Shown: in pieces, positions 18,055 through 24,267 of the stretch | Position numbering within the stretch: the first letter of the stretch is position 1 | Layout: each line of letters starts with the position of its first letter | Made by a program: the position numbers and the translations under genes | The notes under the pieces: generated by a model | Told to the model about the DNA's origin: nothing | The model's database searches: none | What the model saw: only the letters and a program-made list of their open reading frames with translations | Virus record (IMG/VR): IMGVR_UViG_3300044262_000032 | Coordinates: 25,676 to 89,675 of that record | Length of the DNA stretch: 64,000 nt | Strand: one strand, 5' to 3' | DNA from: a virus | Taxonomy: Duplodnaviria; Caudoviricetes

Positions 18055-18220
18055 ACATATAACTCCTAAACATGTGGGTAAGCAGGCAGCAGTTCACAGC
18101 GCGCCTTGCTCTTGCTTCGGTTGTGGTAATCCCAGGTGTATGAGTAAAGGTAAAGAGCGCCTTACAATGCAGGAGAGAAAGCATGAAGAACTGCCCGGAG
18201 TGTGGGAGGGAGGCGACTAA
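17948..18220 (+). CDS. basic Zn-binding phage hypothetical protein
   Basis: RAKRR..R.K..PCSCFGCGNPR..T.QER pattern; start may be 18029. Confidence 0.65.
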   Translation: MTELEKSKVRAKRREADRRAKSRAKQKMKEWRLPDKHITPKHVGKQAAVHSAPCSCFGCGNPRCMSKGKERLTMQERKHEELPGVWEGGD

Positions 18221-18398
18221 AGTTATCTACGCAGGGCTACCAACTAATATCTGTAGCTCTTGTGATCTTTGCTTTGGTGGCTTTGCATGGGTAATGAAGT
18301 ATCTGCCCTATAACGGATGGTTTCTTGAGTATGAGGGAAGCTATCTACCTGCTTTTTGGTATTGGCTAACAACGAATCCTGAAGATGAAGAAGATTAA
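18183..18398 (+). CDS. Zn-ribbon hypothetical protein
   Basis: CPEC..CSSC..PYNGWF..YEG.YL. Confidence 0.7.
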   Translation: MKNCPECGREATKVIYAGLPTNICSSCDLCFGGFAWVMKYLPYNGWFLEYEGSYLPAFWYWLTTNPEDEED

Positions 18399-18591
18399 AG
18401 CGGCCGTTCGTATTAATGCCTATGAAGTTGTTGCACGGGCGGTAGAAGAGGGTGTGCAGTACGGGTATACCCGTGCGTATAAACACACTGATGAGCCAAC
18501 CGAAGATGGGCTAAAAGAAGCTATGGTAAATGCAGTTATGAATTCCCTTTGTGAAATTCTTATTTTCGGGGATGACGATGAAGATCATTGA
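18385..18591 (+). CDS. hypothetical protein
   Basis: AVEEGVQYGYTRAYKHTDEP; coupled. Confidence 0.7.
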   Translation: MKKIKAAVRINAYEVVARAVEEGVQYGYTRAYKHTDEPTEDGLKEAMVNAVMNSLCEILIFGDDDEDH

Positions 18592-19240
18592 GCAATCAAT
18601 TCAGTTCGAGGAGCCAATCAATGGTGAGGAGATTCTCTGGAAGCTCGAAAGAGCTGCCCGAAACTGCTACAAGTCCGAGGGAAAGAATTCCGAGCGTGAC
18701 CGAGCTAAAAGAGACGCACTTCTACGCCACGCAGTTAAGCGAGGGCATACGTCAGTTCTTGAGCATGTCTCACTTACCTTCCGCGTTACGACAAACCGCG
18801 GAGTTTCTCACGAGTGGGTCAGACATCGAATCGGTTGGTCTTACTCTCAGGAGTCCACTCGGTACTGTAATTACGGTCACTCTGAAGGCATCACGGTAAT
18901 CTGGCCATGGTTCTTAGGGCAACAGCCAGCTAAACTAGCTGATGGCTATGGCGGAACTCAGCTTCTCTGGGTACTGGCTATGGAGAATGCTGAGCGCTCA
19001 TATCTAGACATGCTAGAGGCCGGCTGTAAGCCCGAGGAAGCGCGTGACGTGCTGCCGTCTGCACTAAAGACGGAGATTGTCTGTACAGCCAATATAGTGG
19101 CTCTCAGACACTTCTTTCGACAGCGTTGTACGAGAATGGCGCATCCCCAGATACGCGCCCTCGCTTTACAACTGCTTGAAAAGCTCAACGCTGAGATCCC
19201 AATTCTCTTTGAGGATCTAGCAGAGGAGTTTCTAAAATGA
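18578..19240 (+). CDS. thyX: FAD-dependent thymidylate synthase
   Basis: GHTSVLEH; RGVSHEWVRHRIGWSYSQESTRY; ARDVLP; AHPQIR. Confidence 0.97.
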   Translation: MKIIEQSIQFEEPINGEEILWKLERAARNCYKSEGKNSERDRAKRDALLRHAVKRGHTSVLEHVSLTFRVTTNRGVSHEWVRHRIGWSYSQESTRYCNYGHSEGITVIWPWFLGQQPAKLADGYGGTQLLWVLAMENAERSYLDMLEAGCKPEEARDVLPSALKTEIVCTANIVALRHFFRQRCTRMAHPQIRALALQLLEKLNAEIPILFEDLAEEFLK

Positions 19241-19530
19241 AGAAGGCATTGCTGGTGGCGCTGTTAACTCTTGCACCTGTAAGAGTTTTTGCCCATGAGC
19301 TAATGTTTAATCTGGAACATCGGCACAATGCTCATTACTATGAGAATATCTATCATCAGGAATATAGCCGAGCGCGTCAGAACTACATTGTTACTGGGGA
19401 CCGAAAATACATGGAGCCCTATCTCGGTTGGTACAACCCCAATCGTTATCGTGAGAGTAACCGCGCTATTGTAATTACCCCTAGCTCTCCCCGTAGATCT
19501 AGGTCTTTTGGGGTTGACTCTCTTCGGTAG
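19237..19530 (+). CDS. secreted hypothetical protein
   Basis: MKKALLVALLTLAPVRVFA signal peptide. Confidence 0.7.
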   Translation: MKKALLVALLTLAPVRVFAHELMFNLEHRHNAHYYENIYHQEYSRARQNYIVTGDRKYMEPYLGWYNPNRYRESNRAIVITPSSPRRSRSFGVDSLR

Positions 19531-19563
19531 ATAAGTATAATTATAGAAACAACGGAGGTGACT

Positions 19564-19734
19564 ATGAAAGGGTGGCTAGTTGTCGTTGCAGCAGTTCTTC
19601 TAGGAGCACTCTCAGCTTGTTCCATTCGTGTCACTGGCGATGCGTCAATGCTCAAGAAGTATGATCGCCCCTCAGACACCTGGAGCATGGAAACCAAAGA
19701 CGGCTCGGCCGTCAAGACGGAGGTAGCCAAGTAA
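19564..19734 (+). CDS. small lipoprotein (56 aa)
   Basis: GGAGG SD; LLGALSAC lipobox; similar to 8383-8529; not in ORF track. Confidence 0.75.
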   Translation: MKGWLVVVAAVLLGALSACSIRVTGDASMLKKYDRPSDTWSMETKDGSAVKTEVAK

Positions 19735-19922
19735 TGAAGAAAGCTCTCTATGTTCTGCTCACTATTGGTCTTGTTGCTGGAGTGGCCGCTTGTGGCGTGT
19801 GGGACAATGTCACTGATCCTGATGATGACTATGTAAAGCTAAAGGGGGAGCCTGGGGCAGCGTGTACCGTCGATAGTGAATGTCGTTCGGACTTCTGTGG
19901 TTATCCTGGCATCTGCAAGTAA
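19734..19922 (+). CDS. Cys-rich lipoprotein
   Basis: VAGVAAC lipobox; GAACTVDSECRSDFCGYPGIC. Confidence 0.75.
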   Translation: MKKALYVLLTIGLVAGVAACGVWDNVTDPDDDYVKLKGEPGAACTVDSECRSDFCGYPGICK

Positions 19923-19928
19923 GGGGGA

Positions 19929-20558
19929 ATGATGTTCAAAACTCTTGGGGCGGTTTGTGTAGTATCTCTTCTCGGCGTTAGTTCGGCACTAGCTTCTACT
20001 GTCGTTCCGACAACGACAACTACAGTTGATAGTGTTGTCAATGCCACACCTGCACCAGCGGCAGAACCAGCATTTAACTGGAAGGCGCCTGGTACCTTTG
20101 GCCGAGTCTATCTCGGGGCATACGGTCCATCTGATGATGACAAGACCTACGATCTCTATGACCCGCAGACAGGAGTAAATGGTGGTCTGGCTGTCGGCTA
20201 TCGGTTTAGCCAGAATCTTACAGGTCAGCTAGAAGTAGGGTACCAGCAATCATCTGGCAATTATGAAGGCTGGGAGTTCATTGGTATTCCAACAATGGCC
20301 GTGGTTCATCTTGGTCTTCCCGTTGAAGACAAGATTGAAATCTATGTTCTAGGTGGCATTGGCGCACTATTCTATAGTGTCGAAGATATCAACCAGACGC
20401 AAGACAACGTTGCTATGGCAACTAAGGTTGGTATGGGTGTATCAGTTCACTTTGGCAAGTATTCGATTGGTGGTGAGGTTGGCTACCAGATGACCAATGT
20501 TGACGATGCGCCAAATGATGCTATCATCTCTTCACTGACGATTGGATTCGGTCACTAA
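19929..20558 (+). CDS. outer-membrane beta-barrel protein (OmpA-membrane/OmpW-like)
   Basis: Signal peptide, amphipathic strands (GGLAVGYRF, LEVGY, YVLGGIGA, VGMGVSVHF, GGEVGY), terminal TIGFGH. Confidence 0.8.
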   Translation: MMFKTLGAVCVVSLLGVSSALASTVVPTTTTTVDSVVNATPAPAAEPAFNWKAPGTFGRVYLGAYGPSDDDKTYDLYDPQTGVNGGLAVGYRFSQNLTGQLEVGYQQSSGNYEGWEFIGIPTMAVVHLGLPVEDKIEIYVLGGIGALFYSVEDINQTQDNVAMATKVGMGVSVHFGKYSIGGEVGYQMTNVDDAPNDAIISSLTIGFGH

Positions 20559-20572
20559 TCAAGGAGAGAACA

Positions 20573-20614
20573 ATGGCTGGTACGAAGAAGTGCAAACCCA
20601 AGAAGAAAAAGTAG
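20573..20614 (+). CDS. 13-aa Lys-rich micropeptide MAGTKKCKPKKKK
   Basis: AAGGAG SD; between barrel gene and terminator. Confidence 0.5.
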   Translation: MAGTKKCKPKKKK

Positions 20615-20625
20615 GGAGGGTGCAA

Positions 20626-20667
20626 GTGGCTACAAAGAAGCCGATGCCGAAGAAGCCCAAGAAGTAG
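20626..20667 (+). CDS. 13-aa Lys-rich micropeptide MATKKPMPKKPKK
   Basis: GGAGG SD 6 nt before GTG. Confidence 0.5.
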   Translation: MATKKPMPKKPKK

Positions 20668-20689
20668 TGCCCAGACACTACTGACAGGG

Positions 20690-20724
20690 GAGAAAGCGGG
20701 GACTTGCGCCCCGCTTTCTCTTTT
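20690..20724 (+). terminator. intrinsic terminator
   Basis: 12-bp stem GAGAAAGCGGGG/CCCCGCTTTCTC plus TTTT. Confidence 0.8.
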
Positions 20725-20732
20725 AGTATATT
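20704..20732 (+). promoter_or_regulatory. sigma70-type promoter at the head of the tRNA array
   Basis: TTGCGC-17 bp-TATATT overlapping the terminator. Confidence 0.5.
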
Positions 20733-20846
20733 AGTAGATCATGTGCACCGTTGATATAAACGCAATGTTCGAAGGTACGGTGACCGCGTTATGTTATTTA
20801 GATCCAGATGTAGCTTTTATTCTATGGAGTGATGACAGCGCTGTCG

Positions 20847-20919
20847 TTCAACTTAGCTCAGTTGGCAGAGCAACGGCGTGCAAAGCCGTGGGTCATGGGT
20901 TCGAGCCCCATAGTTGAAT
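20847..20919 (+). tRNA. tRNA-Cys(GCA), no encoded CCA
   Basis: Cloverleaf; ACGGC-GTGCAAA-GCCGT; U73; unusual G32. Confidence 0.85.
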
Positions 20920-20971
20920 TAACGAGCGCGAAGGCCGGAAACAACTGACCAACCTACGGGAAATAGAACAT

Positions 20972-21049
20972 CGGGGTGTAGCTCAGCCTGGGTAGAGTTC
21001 CTGGTTTGGAGCCAGGATGTCGTAGGTTCAAATCCTACCACCCCGACCA
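20972..21049 (+). tRNA. tRNA-Pro(TGG)
   Basis: CCTGG-TTTGGAG-CCAGG; CCA. Confidence 0.95.
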
Positions 21050-21063
21050 ATATTGAAAGGAGA

Positions 21064-21166
21064 AGCGTCCTACTCGTCAGGCCCCTCCATTATGACGCGG
21101 GGGCAGGGTATCTAGAGGATAAGATCTCTAGATGAAAACCTCGGTGGAACAGCCACAGGGGACGCT
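21064..21166 (+). ncRNA. unassigned four-way-junction RNA
   Basis: AGCGTCC/GGACGCT closing stem around GCCCC/GGGGC, ATCTAGAG/CTCTAGAT, GTGG/CCAC. Confidence 0.55.
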
Positions 21167-21176
21167 AGTAAAACAT

Positions 21177-21260
21177 GCGGATGTGGTGGAATGGCAGACA
21201 CGCTGCGCTTAGAACGCAGTGGGTAAAACCGTGGGGGTTCAAGTCCCTCCATCCGCACCA
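21177..21260 (+). tRNA. tRNA-Leu(TAG), long variable arm
   Basis: CTGCG-CTTAGAA-CGCAG; CCA. Confidence 0.95.
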
Positions 21261-21278
21261 ACTCTAGAGGAGAATTGA

Positions 21279-21434
21279 ATGAACAACGAACGTCATCATT
21301 CACAGTTTCCATGGTGGGTTGGGGTTATCGTGAACGTAGTGTCTTTTCCAGGTGATGTGAAGGATGTCATTCAGACTAAGATTCGCAAGTTAAAAGAGAA
21401 GAAAGAAGCTGAGAAGAAAGAGTACATTCACTAA
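21279..21434 (+). CDS. small hypothetical protein (51 aa)
   Basis: GAGGAG SD; not in ORF track. Confidence 0.55.
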   Translation: MNNERHHSQFPWWVGVIVNVVSFPGDVKDVIQTKIRKLKEKKEAEKKEYIH

Positions 21435-21475
21435 GCTGGCGTAGACCAACGGCAGAGTCAACGGTCTGAGAGCGT
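21435..21475 (+). pseudogene. 5' half of a tRNA-Leu(GAG)
   Basis: GCTGGCG-TA-GACCAACGGCAGAGTC-A-ACGGT-CTGAGAG, then runs into the next tRNA. Confidence 0.75.
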
Positions 21476-21553
21476 GGCTAGGTAGACCAATTTGGCAGAG
21501 TCAATGGCATGAGAGGCCATGTAGTGGGAGTTCGAGTCTCCCCCTAGCTACCA
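21476..21553 (+). tRNA. tRNA-Leu(GAG), short variable loop
   Basis: ATGGC-ATGAGAG-GCCAT; 5-nt variable loop; A73; CCA. Confidence 0.88.
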
Positions 21554-21567
21554 GACGAGAAACTATC

Positions 21568-21595
21568 TTGACTTTCAAATCCCAAGAGTTATACT
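21568..21595 (+). promoter_or_regulatory. sigma70-type promoter for the HNH gene
   Basis: TTGACT-16 bp-TATACT. Confidence 0.55.
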
Positions 21596-21601
21596 TTGTG
21601 C

Positions 21602-22015
21602 ATGACTAAACAATGCAGCAGATGCCAAACGACACGCGAGTTATCAGCATTTCCAAAGAAGCGAGAGAGCTACTCAACAGTCTGTAAAATCTGTCAACGG
21701 GCATACTCAAAAACGTACTATGAACGGAATAAGAAGCGGGTATTAGCGAGACTCGTTACTAGTAAAAAGAAAAGAACGCTAGAGCGTAGACGTTTTATTC
21801 TAAAGATACTAGAGGCTGGCTGTACTCGGTGTAAAGAACTAGATCCAGTGGTCCTAGAGTTTCATCATCGAGATGGCAGGCGGCAGGGCTTAGATTTACC
21901 AGTGTCGAGATTGGTCTCAGCTTCGGAGTCCAGAATTTTAGAAGAGGTTTCGAAGTGCGAGATTCTATGTGCTAACTGTCATGCTAGAGTACATAGAGCA
22001 GGATGGATGAAATAG
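21602..22015 (+). CDS. HNH endonuclease
   Basis: CSRC..CKIC; CTRC..LEFHH..KCEILCANCHARVH. Confidence 0.88.
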   Translation: MTKQCSRCQTTRELSAFPKKRESYSTVCKICQRAYSKTYYERNKKRVLARLVTSKKKRTLERRRFILKILEAGCTRCKELDPVVLEFHHRDGRRQGLDLPVSRLVSASESRILEEVSKCEILCANCHARVHRAGWMK

Positions 22016-22023
22016 TACCATTT

Positions 22024-22099
22024 GGGGGTGTAGCCCAACGGCAGAGGCAATGGCCTTAAACCCCATTCAGTGTTGGTTCGAATCCAACCACCCCTACCA
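22024..22099 (+). tRNA. tRNA-Leu(TAA), short variable loop
   Basis: ATGGC-CTTAAAC-CCCAT (C31.C39 mismatch); CCA. Confidence 0.88.
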
Positions 22100-22111
22100 A
22101 AAGGAGTCGGC

Positions 22112-22420
22112 ATGTGCGATGAAGGATGTATCTGTAAAGGTAATTGGAGAGAGATTGTCAAGGAGATTGAACCGTTCTTTGGAAGACGCTACAAAGACGA
22201 AAATAAGAGAGAATACACTCTGTTCGGGGTAGTTCACGCAGATGATGATTACTACTACGGGCTAGTAGACACACGAGGGCGTTTAATGTTAGCATCATGT
22301 GTAGGCTCATTAGAGACTAGTGGGTTTACATTAATAGAGGGGAAGAAACAGGCCTTTACACCAGAACAAGAGTTGTTAAAGGAAATCTTTGGGGAAACAG
22401 AGGAGGAGAACGATGACTAG
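22112..22420 (+). CDS. hypothetical protein
   Basis: AAGGAG SD; FFGVVHADDDYYYG-type acidic motif. Confidence 0.7.
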   Translation: MCDEGCICKGNWREIVKEIEPFFGRRYKDENKREYTLFGVVHADDDYYYGLVDTRGRLMLASCVGSLETSGFTLIEGKKQAFTPEQELLKEIFGETEEENDD

Positions 22421-22757
22421 GAAGCCGATTATTATTGCCGCAGCAGTAGCTCTAGGTCTTGTTGTAGCCGCAACGGTCTATGCTAAGGTGATTGGGTTTG
22501 CGTGGGATGCAAACACAGAGCCCGATCTTGCCGGCTATAAGCTCTACTGTGGCACGACCGTTGGTGGGCCGTATACATTTGTTAAGCAGATGACAGCAGC
22601 AGAACTAGCTACCTCCAATAACTTTGGTGAGGGTCGTGGCTACTGCGTTCTGACGGCGTTTGATACGGTCGGGAATGAATCGGGGTATTCGAATGAGGTG
22701 ACGTTTCTCGTCGACGAAACGCCGCCGGCTGCCCCGCGTAATTTCAGACTTCAGTAA
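22413..22757 (+). CDS. secreted fibronectin type III domain protein
   Basis: Signal peptide; AWDANTEPDLAGYKLY..LTAFDTVGNESGYSNEV. Confidence 0.85.
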   Translation: MTRKPIIIAAAVALGLVVAATVYAKVIGFAWDANTEPDLAGYKLYCGTTVGGPYTFVKQMTAAELATSNNFGEGRGYCVLTAFDTVGNESGYSNEVTFLVDETPPAAPRNFRLQ

Positions 22758-22786
22758 TTGGGTTAAACGGTTATTTGGATATTAGG

Positions 22787-22862
22787 AGGCGTGTGATGGA
22801 ACGGCAGACATACAGTGCTCAAACCACTGGTTCTGTGGGTTCGAATCCCACCACGCCCACCA
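22787..22862 (+). tRNA. tRNA-Leu(CAA), short variable loop
   Basis: CAGTG-CTCAAAC-CACTG; A1.C72; CCA. Confidence 0.88.
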
Positions 22863-22867
22863 CTCTG

Positions 22868-22943
22868 AGCCCCGTAGCTCAGCTGGCAGAGCAGAGGACT
22901 TTGAATCCTCGTGCCGAAGGTTCGAATCCTTCCGGGGCCGCCA
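22868..22943 (+). tRNA. tRNA-Gln(TTG)
   Basis: GAGGA-CTTTGAA-TCCTC; A1.C72; G73. Confidence 0.92.
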
Positions 22944-22953
22944 GTCTGACTAC

Positions 22954-23027
22954 GGGGCAATGGTGTAATGGAAACACAGGGGCCTCCAAAACCTCTGACG
23001 GGGGTTCGATTCCCTCTTGCCCTGCCA
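22954..23027 (+). tRNA. tRNA-Trp(CCA)
   Basis: GGGGC-CTCCAAA-ACCTC; G73. Confidence 0.9.
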
Positions 23028-23102
23028 TTCGAAAACGACGAGGTGCCCCCACGGCCTTGGTTGGGGGTTGAATGTAGGAGCCAGCGTCCTACAGCCCACA
23101 TT

Positions 23103-23180
23103 GCCACCCTAGCTCAGCACGGTAGAGCGGCAGGTTGAAGCCCTGCGACGTCGGTGGTTCAAATCCATCGGGTGGCACCA
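23103..23180 (+). tRNA. tRNA-Phe(GAA)
   Basis: GCAGG-TTGAAGC-CCTGC. Confidence 0.95.
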
Positions 23181-23186
23181 TTTCAA

Positions 23187-23263
23187 GCCTCTGTAGCTCA
23201 GTAGAATAGAGCGCCTCGCTACGAACGAGGAGGGCGTGGGTGCAATTCCTACCAGGGGCTCCA
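23187..23263 (+). tRNA. tRNA-Arg(ACG)
   Basis: CCTCG-CTACGAA-CGAGG; T-loop TGCAATT. Confidence 0.92.
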
Positions 23264-23264
23264 T

Positions 23265-23340
23265 GCTCCCGTAACTCAGCGGGTAGAGTGGCTGGCTTTT
23301 AACCAGAACGTCGGGGGTTCAAATCCCTCCGGGAGCACCA
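23265..23340 (+). tRNA. tRNA-Lys(TTT)
   Basis: GCTGG-CTTTTAA-CCAGA. Confidence 0.95.
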
Positions 23341-23357
23341 TATAAATAGGAGACGCA

Positions 23358-23516
23358 ATGACACAGGAGCAGTATAGAGAGTATTTACTGGCACTAACGA
23401 TTGCGTTCATTCACTCACGGGAATGTGCAAATGATTATGCGGTATTTAAGGCGAAGAAAACGCTGGATCAAATAGGGGAACTTGTAGTAGAGAGATTCTC
23501 GATGCACAAAGATTAG
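23358..23516 (+). CDS. small hypothetical protein (52 aa)
   Basis: AGGAG SD; not in ORF track. Confidence 0.55.
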   Translation: MTQEQYREYLLALTIAFIHSRECANDYAVFKAKKTLDQIGELVVERFSMHKD

Positions 23517-23523
23517 ATGTCGT

Positions 23524-23598
23524 AGCCGGGTAGCTCAATGGCAGAGCAGCTGGTTCTGAGCCAGTAGGTTGTGGGTTCAACTCCCTCCCCGGTCGCCA
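23524..23598 (+). tRNA. tRNA-Gln(CTG)
   Basis: GCTGG-TTCTGAG-CCAGT; A1.C72; G73. Confidence 0.9.
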
Positions 23599-23599
23599 T

Positions 23600-23674
23600 G
23601 CCCCGTTAGCTCAGTAGCAGAGCGCCGCTCTTACACGGCGGGCGTCGGAGGTGCGAATCCTTCACGGGGCACCA
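23600..23674 (+). tRNA. tRNA-Val(TAC)
   Basis: CCGCT-CTTACAC-GGCGG; T-loop TGCGAAT. Confidence 0.92.
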
Positions 23675-23680
23675 TTTTAA

Positions 23681-23756
23681 GCCCTCGTAACTCAGAGGTC
23701 AGAGTGACCGGCTCTTACCCGGAACGTCGCAGGTTCGACTCCTGCCGAGGGCACCA
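23681..23756 (+). tRNA. tRNA-Lys(CTT)
   Basis: ACCGG-CTCTTAC-CCGGA. Confidence 0.95.
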
Positions 23757-23757
23757 C

Positions 23758-23786
23758 TTGACAGTAGATGATATTTAGTTTAGATT
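23758..23786 (+). promoter_or_regulatory. internal sigma70-type promoter in the tRNA array
   Basis: TTGACA-17 bp-TAGATT. Confidence 0.6.
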
Positions 23787-23814
23787 GACGAAATCAACAA
23801 AAGGAGTCTAATGA

Positions 23815-23886
23815 TGCGGGGGTTCCAGCGAACAGAGATGCCTCATAAGCAACTCAAGGTGGGTGCGACTCCCATCCCCGCTACCA
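23815..23886 (+). tRNA. degenerate initiator-like tRNA-Met(CAT)
   Basis: TGCGGGG/CCCCGCT with T1.T72, CTCATAA loop, intact T arm, collapsed D arm. Confidence 0.65.
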
Positions 23887-23893
23887 AGTTTAT

Positions 23894-23967
23894 GGGGGGT
23901 TCGTATAACGGGATTACGTCAGCTTTGCAAGCTGATCATCGGGGTTCGACTCCCCGACTCTCCACCA
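23894..23967 (+). tRNA. tRNA-Ala(TGC)
   Basis: TCAGC-TTTGCAA-GCTGA; G3.U70. Confidence 0.95.
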
Positions 23968-23970
23968 AAC

Positions 23971-24044
23971 AGCCGGGTCTTCCAACGGTAGGAAAAGCGG
24001 CCGATAACCGCTCAACCGTGGTTCAATTCCACGCTCGGCTACCA
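23971..24044 (+). tRNA. tRNA-Ile(GAT)
   Basis: AGCGG-CCGATAA-CCGCT; C33 in place of U33. Confidence 0.88.
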
Positions 24045-24053
24045 GTTCTACAT

Positions 24054-24137
24054 GCGTCGGTGACCCGAGATAGCAAGGGGGCTAGCTACAACCTAGCTGG
24101 GCAACCACGTCGGGTGCGAGTCCCGAACGACGCTCCA
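24054..24137 (+). tRNA. atypical long-variable-arm tRNA with ACA (Cys) anticodon
   Basis: GCTAG-CTACAAC-CTAGC; TGG-GCAA-CCA variable arm; U73; CCA. Confidence 0.8.
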
Positions 24138-24144
24138 TCTTTAC

Positions 24145-24219
24145 TGCGCGGTACTCTAGCGGTAAGAGACCTCCCTGTTAAGGAGATTGTCGCAGGTTCG
24201 ATCCCTGCCCGCGCAGCCA
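24145..24219 (+). tRNA. tRNA-Asn(GTT)
   Basis: CCTCC-CTGTTAA-GGAGA; U1-A72; G73. Confidence 0.93.
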
Positions 24220-24267
24220 TTTACTGCGCGAATAATAATAGATTCCCTACTAAAAATGGAGGAACTA

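Noticed and set aside
21050-23100. HDV-like (theta) or hammerhead ribozymes after tRNAs
   Set aside because: I could not place P1/P3/L3/J4-2 directly after any tRNA 3' end, nor a CUGANGA plus GAAA core
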